The position numbers and the translations under genes were made by a program. From an uncultured bacterium (GTDB lineage: Bacteria; Chloroflexota; UBA5177; JANWHV01): 64,000 nucleotides of DNA. Below, in pieces: positions 10,632 through 21,470 of this stretch (its first letter is position 1; each line of letters begins with the position of its first letter). The stretch covers positions 224,001-288,000 of the forward strand of contig CAWHAE010000016.1 in NCBI GenBank assembly GCA_963827235.1, in the 5' to 3' direction. The notes under the pieces are model-generated. The model did no database searches, had not been told where the DNA came from, and saw only the letters and a list, made by a program, of their open reading frames with translations.

Positions 10632-11056
10632 ATGCCCCAAGTCGGGCTCGCGGCCGTCTACATCATCAGCGGGATCCCGCTCGGCGTCTGGATGCTGCGC
10701 GGATTCCTGGACGCCATTCCCCGGGAGCTGGACGAGTCGGTGCTCGTGGACGGCGGCGGCCTCTTTGCCGTGTTGCGCTACGTGATCTTCCCTCTGGCGC
10801 AGCCGGGGATCGTGACCGTGGCCGCGTTTACGTTCATCTCCGCGTGGTGAGAGTATCTGCTGGCCCTCTCGCTGATCATCTCGAATCAGAACTGGACGCT
10901 GCCACTCGCGCTGCAAGAGGCATTCAGTCGGAACACCGTGGATTTGGGCGCGCTCACTGCCGGAGGGGTGATCGCCTCCCTGCCGGTCGCGCTGCTCTTC
11001 ACGTTCGTGCAGCGCAGCCTGGTTGCCGGCTTGGCGGCCGGTAGTGTGAAAGGTTG
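10632..11056 (+). pseudogene. Carbohydrate ABC permease C-terminal fragment with in-frame TGA
   Basis: IPRELDESVLVDG EAA-like loop; FISAW*EYLLAL stop at 10848-10850; ends GLAAGSVKG; N-terminal half missing. Confidence 0.8.
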
Positions 11057-11109
11057 AGGCGACGGCCCGAGGCGGGCAGGAGTCCGTCAAACACACGTGG
11101 AGTGTGACG

Positions 11110-11250
11110 ATGTCCGCTATCAAACAGACGATTTCCTGGTGGTGCTACGACCGCAGCGGTCTGGCACGCGAGCAACTGGTCAAGCTGGCGGCCGCGATTG
11201 GCTACCGCGGCTTCGACCTGGTCGATCAGCGCTACTGGCCCCTGATCATG
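11110..11250 (+). pseudogene. Hydroxypyruvate isomerase-like N-terminal fragment
   Basis: IKQTISWWCY...AAAIGYRGFDLV, then loss of similarity; end approximate. Confidence 0.5.
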
Positions 11251-11573
11251 CGACTTGATGCAGGGTCATTCATTGCGTGCAGACGAGCTTCCGGGCGTTG
11301 CACGGCTCCTGTCCCAACCTGCGAGCGACCTCTGCCTTTATACCTAGGCCGAAGTATTGCATCGAACATTATTCCCGGTCCAAACAGCCTGAAGCCTCAC
11401 GGCATGCACGGACGACACCACGGAAGCTTCGGTTCGTATGAAGGCTGTCGACCGCCCCGCGACCCGACCACATTCTCGACGCTCTCCCTGCCGCGGACTG
11501 GCATCCCAATCGGGCGACGTGTGACGATGAGCGGCGCGGTGACCTAGGCGAGGCGTGGTGGAGAAAAGGCCCG

Positions 11574-14054
11574 TTATCCCCCGAGCGCCAGCGCGATGGC
11601 CTCCGCCAGAAGCAGGGCCCGCCCCTCGGCCCGGGCGGAGGCGAACGCTTCTTCGCCCAATGCCTCGCGCATGGCTTGCACCGCGCCCTCATGGTCGGCC
11701 CGCTGCAAGGGTACAACGGGTACGCTTCGCTCCTCGCACAGCGCCTCGACGAAGCCGCCAATCAGCGTGGCCCGCCGTGGCTCCCCTCGCGCCAGAACCA
11801 CCCAGGACAGGGCCTCCAGCGCTGCCGTCATCGGGAGCCAATCGCCAATCTCACGACTGAGCGAAATACTCTCCGTCAGCAGAGCCGTCGCCTTCCCAAG
11901 GTCGCCCTGGTGATACGCCAGCATGCCCAGGCAGCCCAGCCCGCCGGCGACGCCTTCTGTGAAGCCCAGCTCGCGACATAGCGCCAGACCCTCCTCGAAC
12001 AGGGCCGCGGCCCGCCCATACTCGCCCTGCAGATACCGCACAGCCCCCAGGCCCGCGAGACAGTAGGCGATGCCCCACTTGTCCCCCAGCTCGCGGTAGA
12101 GCGCCAGGCTCTGCTCGAACAACGCCGCGCTCCGCTCGGGCTCGCCCGGCCACTCCGCAATATTCGCCAGGCTAGACAGCCCGTTGGCGATGCCGAGCTT
12201 ATCCCCCAGCCCGCGACAGAGCGCCAGGCTCTCCTCGAACAAGGCCTCCGCGCGCCCGTAGTCGCCTCGGCCCATCGCGATAACCCCTGCGCGGCGCAGC
12301 GCCGAGGCGATGCCGCGTCTATCCCCCAGTTCGCGGTAGAGCGCCAGGCTCTCTGCCGACTGCGCCGCCGCCCGCCCGAGGTCATCCCGGCAGTACGCCA
12401 GGTGGGCGGCCGCGTCCAGTGCTTTGGCGCGCGTCGCCGCCGAGCCCCCCAAGCCCCCAGCCAGCGCCCCCTCCAGAAAGCCCTGTCCTTCGCCGTAGTA
12501 GCCACGAATGAACCAGAACACCGTGAGCGCCCCTGCCAGCCGCAGCCCTGCCTCAGCCGCCCCGCACTGCCTCGCCCAGCTCAGCGCGGCCCGCAGATTG
12601 TCGTGCTCGGCCTCCAGCCGGTCCAGCCACTCTGTCTGCCGCGGCCCCCTCAGCTCGGGTTCGGCTTCCTCGGCCAGGGCCAGGCACCAGGCCAGGTGCC
12701 GGTCCCGCAGCGTCCCCTGCTCCCCGCTCGCCCCCAGCTTCTCCCGCGCATACTCCTGCATCGTCTCCAGCAGCACCAGTCGCGGCTCCCTGCCCGGCCC
12801 GTCCTCCCGCCTTAGCAGGCTCTTGTCCAGCAGCGACTGTACGCCATCCAGCACCTCGATGCCCAGCTCGCCGGCCGGGTCACAGACCGTCTCTACCGCC
12901 TCCAGACTGCGACCTCCGGCGAACACCGCCAGCCGCGCGAACAGCGTCCGCTCCACCGGCTCCAGCAGGCCGTAGCTCCAGTCGATCGCCGCTCGCAGCG
13001 TCCGTTGCCGGTCCGGCAGGTCCCGTGCTCCCCCCGTGGCCACCCGCAACCGCTCCCCCAGCCGCGCCAGCAGCGCCTCCGGGGAGAGCAGGCGGGAGCG
13101 CGCCGCCGCCAGCTCGATGGCCAGCGGCAGCCCGTCCAGCCGGGCGCAGATCTCAGCCACCGCCGGCGCCGTCTCATCGGTCAGGGTGAAGTCGGGCTGC
13201 ACGTCCCCGGCCCGGGCAATGAACAGCCGCACCGCCTCGTACCGGGAGAGGGCGGCCGGCGGGGGCAGCGGCGGTCGGGGCACGCTGAGCGGGACCACCT
13301 CATGCACGCGCTCACCCCGGATGTGCAAGGCCGCCCGGCTGGTGGCCAGTACCGACAGTCCGGGCACGGCGGCTAGCAGCTCCTGCACGGCCTCTGCCGC
13401 GGCACCGACCTGCTCGAAGTTATCCAGCACCAGCAGCAGCCGTTTGTAGCCCAGCGCGGTGGCGAGCGTGTCGCCGAGCGTCTGGCCGGCCACCTCGCGT
13501 ACCCCGAGGGCCTGGGCGGTGGTCGGCAGCACCAATGCCGGGTCCACCAGCGCGGCCAGCCCGACGAAGGTGACCCCGTCGGGGAACCGCTGTCCTGCCG
13601 CCTCGGCCACTTGCAGGGCCAGGCGCGTCTTGCCGACGCCCCCGGGACCGAGCAGGGTGAGCAGGCGCGTGGCGGGGTCCAGCAGGCGCGCACTCACGGC
13701 CGCGATCTCCGCTTCGCGGCCGATGAAGGCCGTCGGCTGGACGGGTAGGCGACGTCCCGGACTGGAGCCGTCCGGCGGCACTCGCTCAGCCGGGGTGGTG
13801 CGCAGGGATTGGGACCGGGTGCGCCTGATCGCCTGGTCGAGCGCCGCCCGCTCGGGCGTGCGCAGGGCCAGCGCCCTGGCCAGCAGGTCGAGCGTGTCGC
13901 GGCGCGGTACCCGGCCGTCGTCACGCTCCAGGTCGCTGACCGCGCGCTCGGAGAGATCAGCGCGCTCCGCCACCTGCGCCTGGGTCAGCCCGGCGGCCCG
14001 CCGATAGCGGCGCAGCAGCGCGGCAAACGATTCCTCGGCAGCACGATCGAGCAC
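11574..14054 (-). CDS. STAND-type regulator: XRE HTH + NB-ARC-like NTPase + winged helix + TPR repeats
   Basis: GLTQAQVAERADLS HTH; GPGGVGKT Walker A; LLLVLDN Walker B; GLPLAIELAA; about five 40-aa TPR-like repeats. Confidence 0.92.
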   Translation of the reverse strand: MLDRAAEESFAALLRRYRRAAGLTQAQVAERADLSERAVSDLERDDGRVPRRDTLDLLARALALRTPERAALDQAIRRTRSQSLRTTPAERVPPDGSSPGRRLPVQPTAFIGREAEIAAVSARLLDPATRLLTLLGPGGVGKTRLALQVAEAAGQRFPDGVTFVGLAALVDPALVLPTTAQALGVREVAGQTLGDTLATALGYKRLLLVLDNFEQVGAAAEAVQELLAAVPGLSVLATSRAALHIRGERVHEVVPLSVPRPPLPPPAALSRYEAVRLFIARAGDVQPDFTLTDETAPAVAEICARLDGLPLAIELAAARSRLLSPEALLARLGERLRVATGGARDLPDRQRTLRAAIDWSYGLLEPVERTLFARLAVFAGGRSLEAVETVCDPAGELGIEVLDGVQSLLDKSLLRREDGPGREPRLVLLETMQEYAREKLGASGEQGTLRDRHLAWCLALAEEAEPELRGPRQTEWLDRLEAEHDNLRAALSWARQCGAAEAGLRLAGALTVFWFIRGYYGEGQGFLEGALAGGLGGSAATRAKALDAAAHLAYCRDDLGRAAAQSAESLALYRELGDRRGIASALRRAGVIAMGRGDYGRAEALFEESLALCRGLGDKLGIANGLSSLANIAEWPGEPERSAALFEQSLALYRELGDKWGIAYCLAGLGAVRYLQGEYGRAAALFEEGLALCRELGFTEGVAGGLGCLGMLAYHQGDLGKATALLTESISLSREIGDWLPMTAALEALSWVVLARGEPRRATLIGGFVEALCEERSVPVVPLQRADHEGAVQAMREALGEEAFASARAEGRALLLAEAIALALGG

Positions 14055-14505
14055 GATGCACCCTCCGGTTCACACGGATACCGGCGGCCGGCCCGGCCGC
14101 CGCGGTGCCGCTACCAGCGTAGCATGCGCCCTGCTCCGCCGCTAGCACTGTTGGAGAACCCACGCGACGACGCGACGCAGCAGTTGGCAGCGCTAATCGG
14201 CCAAGGACTCCTCGACGGCAGACTCCGGCATGCTGTGCGCTTCCGGTTCAGGCTCGCACCCATCAGGCACGGACGTGCCGCCGTGCCGCAGGCACGTCTA
14301 CCAGGCACCGTGCCCGGCCGGCAGCGAATCCACCGTTTCCGGCGAGCGGCTGAAAAGGTGGGTGAAACGGTGGTCAACACGGTGAGTTCGTGGTGTGCAG
14401 CCGCGGCCGATGGGCGCAGTATGTGGTCATGCCACGGAGCCAGGACGGCACGAGACCGCAGGGATCGGGCAAACCAGGCCACAAGGGCCACCAAGGGAGA
14501 GCACG

Positions 14506-14796
14506 ATGAACAACCAACTGTTCCAGGCGCAGTCCCTCAGCAACATGCAGCTCGACATGGTGCACTGCCACCAGGCGGAGCTACGGTGTGAGATCGCAGC
14601 GATACGAAGTGCTCGCGCCGTCGCAGCCAACCGAATCCGCAATCCACGCCGCTCGCTTGCGCGTGTGGTTGCTGCAGCGAGCAGCTGGTGGACCCGGCCA
14701 CGATGGTATGGTCATGCGCCGGGTTGCTTGTGCCCGGCGGCACGCAGGAAGGACGTGGATCGTCAGGCGCTGACTCGCGCCAGCCTGCCGTGGTGA
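14506..14796 (+). CDS. Small hypothetical protein
   Basis: AAGGGAGA RBS before the ATG; divergent from the STAND gene. Confidence 0.45.
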   Translation: MNNQLFQAQSLSNMQLDMVHCHQAELRCEIAAIRSARAVAANRIRNPRRSLARVVAAASSWWTRPRWYGHAPGCLCPAARRKDVDRQALTRASLPW

Positions 14797-14957
14797 TGGA
14801 GTTCGCCGCCATGACCGTGGCACCGGTGCAGGCCACGCAGCCCGTCGCCGCAGACTTGACGCCAAGAAACCCTATAGGCGGACGACTCTGCCCGCCTGAT
14901 CAGACGGGCAGCAACAACTCCTTATTGGTGTTCGGATCGAATCCTCAGGAGAAGGCA

Positions 14958-15647
14958 ATGAAGATTTCTGGCAAGCTCGTAGCATTGCTGGCCGCCGTGC
15001 TGGTCGTCCTCATCGTGGGACCCGCGCCTGCCGCCCAGGCGAGCAGCGCACAGATTCACGTGTTCCCGCCGCGGTCGCACCCGTACGGCCACTCGTACAT
15101 CGAATGGATCATCCGCGGCGATCGGTGGGGGTATGACATACCTACACCGGAGAGCCCCGCGTTGGACCACACCGGTGCGCACTGCGCCGCAGGCCAGTCC
15201 GGCCCGGTCTGGTACTTCCCATCGAACGTGGGCGGCACCGATACCCGGAACTGTACGGTGCCTGCCGGCAAGGCGCTCTTCCTTGGGGTGGCTGGGCATG
15301 AATGTATGAGCGTGAATGGGGACGGCGACACCTTCGCGGCACTGCGCAGCTGCGCCAAGGGCGGTATGGATAGTCTGACAGAAGCTGACGTGACAGTGGA
15401 TGGGGTGCACCTCACGAACCTGCTCACGCGCTACCGGTTCGAGACTCCTCTCTTCACGTTTGCGTATCCCGCTGACAACATATTCGGCGTGCCTGGGTCT
15501 GGGACCACCAAGGTGGTGGGTGATGGCATCGTGGTCATACTCGCTCCGCTGGCAGCGGGACGGCACACGCTCGACCTGCGCTTTTCGTGGGGCCCTCCTT
15601 TCTCGGTGGCTGGCGAAGTCACGTACCATCTGACCGTTCGCCGCTGA
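14958..15647 (+). CDS. Secreted conserved hypothetical protein
   Basis: AGGAG RBS; Sec signal peptide ending AQA; conserved-looking GQSGPVWY, RNCTVPAGKALF, LAPLAAGRHTL and VTYHLTV segments. Confidence 0.8.
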   Translation: MKISGKLVALLAAVLVVLIVGPAPAAQASSAQIHVFPPRSHPYGHSYIEWIIRGDRWGYDIPTPESPALDHTGAHCAAGQSGPVWYFPSNVGGTDTRNCTVPAGKALFLGVAGHECMSVNGDGDTFAALRSCAKGGMDSLTEADVTVDGVHLTNLLTRYRFETPLFTFAYPADNIFGVPGSGTTKVVGDGIVVILAPLAAGRHTLDLRFSWGPPFSVAGEVTYHLTVRR

Positions 15648-15676
15648 GCGGCGTGTTCCCGCCGCCACTCACCGAC

Positions 15677-15724
15677 CGCCCCAGGGCCTCGCCGCACCGC
15701 CTGCCGGTGCCAGGCCCTGGGGCG
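15677..15724 (+). terminator. Strong hairpin downstream of the secreted-protein gene (possible terminator or stabiliser)
   Basis: CGCCCCAGGGCCT...AGGCCCTGGGGCG with an inner GCACCG/CGGTGC stem; no clear U-tract. Confidence 0.45.
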
Positions 15725-15751
15725 ACTCAGCCGGGAGGCTGCAAGCGATCA

Positions 15752-16093
15752 AAGCGACGGCGGCTTCCTCGTTACACGAGGGTCAAGGCATGGTAGCGAG
15801 ACAACGGCTCTCCAGAGCAGGTAGACAGACTCGCCGACCGTTCATCACGCGACGCCGATGTCGCAACCTCCTCTCCGGGCCGCTGGGGAATGAAACGTCG
15901 AACCATCCGACAAGGAGTGACGGGAGAGTAGTTGCCACGGCATCCGGAGGCGGTTGATGCTGCACGGGTCATGTGCACGGCGGCAACGTCATTGTATGAA
16001 TGGAACGACCTGGACTGGTGGGCAATCGAACGACAGGTCTTCAAGCTCCAAACCCGCATCTATCAAGCTGCGCGCCGAGGCGATGTCAACTAC
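15752..16093 (+). mobile_element. Group II intron 5' remnant (RNA 5' part plus start of RT/maturase)
   Basis: YEWNDLDWWAIERQVFKLQTRIYQAARRGD is an RVT_N-type maturase N-terminus; upstream CGACCGTTCATCA, GGAATGAAACG and GACAAGGA motifs recall cyanobacterial CL-type intron 5' regions; ORF breaks off after about 40 codons. Confidence 0.75.
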
Positions 16094-16486
16094 GGTGACA
16101 CGCGGGCCTGCCTCGACCGAGCCACGGGTGGACAGCGGAGAGGAGCGCTGTAGAGACGCAGCCGCCGGTGTGCCCCTTGCCCAAGATCCTCCGTACGCTG
16201 TGCGGCGACTGGCGGGTCCAGGACATCGCCGCGGGCGTAGTGGCCGGCGTCTGATCGACACCCTCCTAACCCGCACGCTGCTGGTCTCCTCGCTCGTGGT
16301 CATAATCCGCCAACGGCACGGATGGCTCTCGGTGTTGACGCCCTGGCACCGTGCTGCCTGGGCGCGTGTCCGTCGTGCCGTGCATCCACGACGGTCACCT
16401 GCATCCGCCTGCGCCGGGATTGCCTGCCTGGATGCACCCTCCTCCTTGCCTGCCAACGACAACGCTGGAGGCAGGAGTGCACCTCC

Positions 16487-17434
16487 TCATGCGTTGTCGT
16501 CCCTGCTCACCGACGCCCAGCGGTTGGTGACAGGCGTGGCGACATGCCGGCGCCGCAGCTCGTGGAACGCTTGCCAGCCGGTGATCACATCCTGAGGTCG
16601 CTGACGGCTCCGCACCAGGAAGTCCGCTTCCGGCGGATAGCAGGCCACCGGCGCATCCTCGGGCAGCTCGGCCAAGGGCAGGCCGCTGGGCGGACGATAG
16701 TTCGTCGGCAGGTCGGCGCTCTGGTAGCGCAGGTCGGCACTCCAGCGAATCACATCCGTCGTATTCTCCGTCGAACAGTGCGGCGTGCGGTTCGTCAACA
16801 ACAGCACACCACCGAACGGCACAGGCACGGTGATGACCTCCGCGGCAGGCAAGTGGCCGGCCCCCACCTCCAGGTAATGGCCGTCGGCGGTCCGCGCGTG
16901 GGTGAACACCGGGCCGCGGTGCACGCGCGGCAGCACCTGCAGGCAGCCTCGCTCGGCCGTGGCATCCACCAGCGGCACCCACACGGTCAGAATGAGCGAC
17001 GTGTCACAGTAGGGCTCGAAGTAGCCGGAATCCTGGTGCCAGGGCACGACGCCGTGGACGAAGCCGGGCACCTTGGGCCGCAGCCGGTACACCGAGGAGG
17101 CGACGATCTCCGGCCCCACCAGCGCTTCGGCAAGGTCGAGCAGCTTGGGATGGCTCAGCAGCCGGAAGATGCCGCGCCCAGCCAACTTGCCGCTGGAAAT
17201 GGACCAATAGAGGCGCTCGGTCTCAGCGGTGACGCGGGTCAGCCTCGTCTCGAAGCCTTCCTCGGCATACGTGCGGCTGAGTACGCCGTCCTCGACCAGT
17301 TTCCTCGCCCTGCGGTCCACGGCCTGGCAGATCTCGTCGATGACCGGCTGCAAGTCGTCCCGCGTCAAGACATCCTGCACGACTAGGTAGCCTTCGCGAT
17401 GGAACTCCGCGATCTGGGGGGCAGACAGGAGCAT
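16487..17434 (-). CDS. Phytanoyl-CoA dioxygenase (PhyH) family Fe(II)/2OG dioxygenase
   Basis: FHREGYLVV, PWHQDSGY, TVWVPL, GCLQVLP and TPHCSTEN...R motifs; GAGGAAGG RBS. Confidence 0.9.
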   Translation of the reverse strand: MLLSAPQIAEFHREGYLVVQDVLTRDDLQPVIDEICQAVDRRARKLVEDGVLSRTYAEEGFETRLTRVTAETERLYWSISSGKLAGRGIFRLLSHPKLLDLAEALVGPEIVASSVYRLRPKVPGFVHGVVPWHQDSGYFEPYCDTSLILTVWVPLVDATAERGCLQVLPRVHRGPVFTHARTADGHYLEVGAGHLPAAEVITVPVPFGGVLLLTNRTPHCSTENTTDVIRWSADLRYQSADLPTNYRPPSGLPLAELPEDAPVACYPPEADFLVRSRQRPQDVITGWQAFHELRRRHVATPVTNRWASVSRDDNA

Positions 17435-18099
17435 CGGTCCTTCCTCCTCATCGAATACTCCGGCGTTCGTTCTGTGGTGCTGTTGAAGCAAGCCCTCTGC
17501 GTGCAGTGTGCCTGACATGGTCCCAGCGCGGCCGGCCCCGTATGTGCCGCCAGAAAGGCCCAAACCATGGTCGTAGCCCTGACAACACCCGGACGATAAG
17601 CGCCGCTTCCCCGCCTGCCAGGAGCTTTCGACTCCCTCACCGTTGTCGATCGAGACGGCAGCGCCGAATAACGCCCGTCCGTGTGGTACTACCTGTGATC
17701 ACTGACAGCGTTGCTGTCGCTGCTCGTTAGCCGAAGCCAGCAAATGCGTCATACAGTCTACCGGCGTAGATCTTCTCGTTGACTATCAAACGCGAGGCCG
17801 CCGTCCGGCGTTTGCGTGATCACTGGTGATCGCGTCGTCTTCATACCTGCGCCCGTAGCGAAACTGGCGAAGTACGCGCAACACGACTGCCGCTTGGTTG
17901 GAGGCCACGGGCCGAGCGCAGTTCGCGCCCTGCATAGACATGAGTTCGGTTGACGGCAGTAGCCGTCTCGACACGCGTTCCCACTACCGTGCTCTTCGTC
18001 ACGGCGGGTTTCACGCTGGCACGATGGCGGGCGTGGGCGAACCTACGGGTATCGCCCACGGCGACTCGGAAGTCCAGCGCTGCCGAGAATGCGAGGTGT

Positions 18100-18462
18100 C
18101 AGAGCGGCCTGACGATAACGATCCGTCCGGAGACCGTGGCCGACCACGCGGCGATCGCTGATCTCCACGCCCGAGCCTTCGGGTGCCGGACCTCGGAGGC
18201 CCTCATTGTCGCCATGCACCGCCAACGTCGCGCTTTCGATGCCGACCTGTCGCTCGTGGCCGTGCGCGATGCGCAGGTCATTGGACATGTCCTCTTCTCG
18301 CCGCATCAGATGCGCCTGTGCGACCGGGACATCTCAGGGGTCAACCTCGCGCCGATTGCCATTGACCCAGCGTGCCTGCGCCAAGGCATTGGTGGACAGC
18401 TTATCGCAGAGGGCCATCGCGTAGCGGCCGCGAAAAGGTACCAACTCAGCTTCGTGCTCGGT
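18100..18462 (+). pseudogene. GNAT acetyltransferase fragment (YhbS-like)
   Basis: IRPETVAD, LSLVAV, GHVLFS, LAPIAIDP and RQGIGGQLI motifs; truncated after FVLG; boundaries approximate. Confidence 0.65.
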
Positions 18463-18660
18463 CGCTCCCGCCACGTTGGCCAGGAAGCGGCGCACCGCCT
18501 CGAACATGAGCCGGCGCTCTCGCTCGGCCGGCAGTGTCCAGCCCGGCAGCGGCTCGATCTCCGTCCCGGCAAGCTCCGGTAGCAGGCGGACCAGCCAGTC
18601 ACAGCCTTGCAGGTCCAGCCGCCGCTCGGCGCTCGCTTGTCCGTCCAGTGTCCAGCAGGG
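18463..18660 (-). pseudogene. Internal fragment of an AAA/STAND ATPase regulator
   Basis: WLVRLLPEL...ERRLMFEAVRRFLANVAG resembles the segment before Walker B in AAA_16 regulators; abuts the GNAT fragment. Confidence 0.5.
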
Positions 18661-19019
18661 CCAGCACAGCCGCGTAGGGTGCCAGGCGCTTGATGATCTC
18701 CTCGCTGAGGCGGTCAATCGGGAATGCGCGGGTCTAGATCCTATCACGACCGCAGGCGCATCCCATGCGAAGAGCGCAACCTCTAGTACCCTCCACAGTA
18801 CTTCACGCCACATATCCACATCAAGAGCCGGACCTAGACCTTCCAGATCCGGCTGCAGCGCTATGCGGCGCTGCATGCGCCGATCAGGCGATCACCTGCG
18901 GCGATCGCTCGTGCGGGGCCATCTACCCGAATCCACCACTGTGGATGGCGATGATGGGGACGAGACCACCGGCTGCGAGCAGTACGCCTGCGACAATGGT
19001 CCTAGTGCCCTCGCGCCCG

Positions 19020-19130
19020 CACCACCACCGCCTGGATGCGCCGATCGCCTCGGCCACCGCGGGCGCCGTCCAGCCGCCGAAGCTGTGGCCCACCAGGCCG
19101 ATGCGCGTACGGTCGAGGGCCAGGTCGCGT
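19020..19130 (-). pseudogene. Alpha/beta-hydrolase fragment
   Basis: DRTRIGLVGHSFGGWTA nucleophile elbow with no flanking ORF. Confidence 0.4.
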
Positions 19131-19198
19131 GATGCTGCCCGGAACAGCCAATCGAGGAGGCACCCGCACGTCCGGCTCGCGACTCGCGATGCTCGCTG

Positions 19199-20509
19199 CT
19201 ACGCTGTGGAACGCCGGCCGTGCTTCACGTGGTTATCGACGAAGGCAATGACCTGGCCTGCACCATCGAGCATGCGCTCGAAAATCGCGTCCGACACTGT
19301 CAGCGGCGGTTTGAGCTTGAATACGTTTGCGCCGAGACCGCCAAACTCCACGATCAAGCCCCGCTGGAGCGCGTAGTCACGTGCCGCGTTGCACGCCGCG
19401 GTTGCCGGTTCCCGTGTTGCGCGATCAACGACGAGGTCCACCCCCACGTACAGACCGGGCCCCCGCACATCTCCGATCACCTCGCAACGCTCAGCCAGGT
19501 CCTGGAAATACCTCGTGGCCACCGCACCAAGTTGCTGGGACCGCTCCACGAGACCCTCACTTTCCACGACCCCAATCACGGCGAGGGCCGCAGCGCACAC
19601 AACCGGGTTTCCCTGCGCCGTCAGCAGGTGAAATGGTGCATTTTCAACCTGCCTGGCCAGGTCGCCGCGCACAAGTGCGCCGCCGAAGGGCAGGCCGCCA
19701 CCAAACGCTTTCCCCACGGTGATGATGTCCGGTGCGAGGTCGTACAGCACACTCGCCCACAGCGTGCCGCACCTGCCGAGGGCGCTCTGGACCTCGTCCG
19801 CAATCAGGATGATGCCGTGCTTGCGACACAGCTGCGTCACGGCATGATAGAATCCGGGCTCGAAGACGACGTGTCCGGCAACGCCTTGCACCGGCTCGAT
19901 GATGAACGCGGCTATCCCCTCCTGATCGGCGGTGGCGTCCAGCTGCGCCAGTGCGTCGCGCCAGCCGATCGTGGCCTCCGGCCAGGTGCGATAGGGATCT
20001 CCCGACAGAACCTGCAGATAGCTCCTCATGCGCAGCCGGGGCGGGATCCGATCCCTGAGCCCGGGCATGCCGCACAACGACATCGTGCCGATGGATTGGC
20101 CGTGATACGCGCCTGTCAGCGAGACAACACCGTCCCGACCCGTCGCCGTCATGGCAATCTTGATCGCCGCTTCGTTCGCCTCACCACCACCTGAACAGAT
20201 GTACGTCTTGGTGCTCTCTAGGGGAGAGATCTCAGCCAGCTTCGTGCACAGCTCAATCAAGGGCACATTATCCAGGGTTATTCGTGTCGACACCAGCTTT
20301 GCCGCCTGCTTCTGAATAGCGTCAACGACAGCGGGGTGACTATGGCCCACCATCGCGGGACCCATGTTAGACGAGAGCAGATCAAGATACTCCCGCCCCT
20401 CCGTATCCCAATATTGGGACCCCTGCGCCCTTTCAAACACGATTCCTCTGTCGAACAGCGCAGAGTGCAACACGACGTTCTTCGCCTGGTCGGACAACGT
20501 GGTCATCAT
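19199..20509 (-). CDS. Class III PLP-dependent aminotransferase
   Basis: SGGGEANEAAIK, AYHG, FIIEPVQG, IADEVQSALGR and TVGKAFGGG motifs. Confidence 0.92.
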   Translation of the reverse strand: MMTTLSDQAKNVVLHSALFDRGIVFERAQGSQYWDTEGREYLDLLSSNMGPAMVGHSHPAVVDAIQKQAAKLVSTRITLDNVPLIELCTKLAEISPLESTKTYICSGGGEANEAAIKIAMTATGRDGVVSLTGAYHGQSIGTMSLCGMPGLRDRIPPRLRMRSYLQVLSGDPYRTWPEATIGWRDALAQLDATADQEGIAAFIIEPVQGVAGHVVFEPGFYHAVTQLCRKHGIILIADEVQSALGRCGTLWASVLYDLAPDIITVGKAFGGGLPFGGALVRGDLARQVENAPFHLLTAQGNPVVCAAALAVIGVVESEGLVERSQQLGAVATRYFQDLAERCEVIGDVRGPGLYVGVDLVVDRATREPATAACNAARDYALQRGLIVEFGGLGANVFKLKPPLTVSDAIFERMLDGAGQVIAFVDNHVKHGRRSTA

Positions 20510-20721
20510 TGATGATCTCTCCCCCTGTCCGCAGTAAACGCGGTGGCACACTCAAGCTCGGGAGGTCCCCGTTGTCAGGCTGCGGTACGCCTGGTCCCCA
20601 GCCGTGCTAGCCGCCACCTACATCCGCCTGAATGTCAGGCCTGCCAATCCCTGCTTTCACTTTGTACGATAAGGCACCTCAACAGTAAACCAGGCTCTGC
20701 TTTGGCAGGGCGGCGAGTGCG

Positions 20722-21470
20722 TCAAGACAGGTCTTTCGCTTCCTCGGCTAGAAACTGGTTCAGGACTGCCGTGCATATGGCGTGCTCGCTCTCCGGTACG
20801 ACGCAGACGGCCTCCGCTGCGTTCGCATTCTTGATCCCCTTGTAGACATACGTGCCGGAGATAACGACCCCATTACTCGGATATGGACTGTTCGACGGCA
20901 CGAGACTGCGGGAGTCGGGCGGGACGTACTCGCCGGCCGGGTCGTAGAAGGCAACAGCGACAGCGCTGAGGCGCCTTGTCATCTGGCCCAGCGGTTGCGC
21001 TGGACAGCTGAAGTGGTCTTGCGCTGCCGCCTTCCGCGCCGTCGCAAAGAATGGGCAGACAAGCGTCAAGATGCAGCCCGCGCAGGCTGACATCGTGACT
21101 GCCGTAACCCCCCCGGTGCCAATGCTTTATTCCTTGCCATACGGATGGTACACGCTGATAGAGCCGCTACCGTCCACCGCGATCACCGCGTGACAAGCGA
21201 AACCCTTGGGTCCAAGGATCTGGATAAAGCCACTTGTGGCCGAGTACCCACGAGATGGGCGGCGGTACTGGGCACGTCGGCCGTGGCCGCAACTGGCGTT
21301 TGCGGGGTATCGATACCGAGCGTTGTAGGACATACAATAACAGGCACTCTGGCAGCCGGCGCCGCGTCGGCAGAAGCGACACCGTCAAGGCGATAGTCCA
21401 GACGGGGTGTGTACATCGATGAGCATAGGGTGACAAGGGCACAAATCAGCAGCGTCGTCGTACGAGGCAT
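20722..21470 (-). pseudogene. Secreted Cys-containing protein (DUF4850-like), disrupted
   Basis: Signal peptide and VIVCPTT, then frameshift near 21250, ILGPKGFACHAVIAVDGSG, in-frame TAA at 21127-21129, then SACAGC...CPFF...ICTAVLNQF. Confidence 0.55.

Noticed and set aside
10848-10850. In-frame TGA as selenocysteine or recoding
   Set aside because: It lies in a 5'-truncated permease at a non-Cys position, and TGA is a normal stop elsewhere in the window
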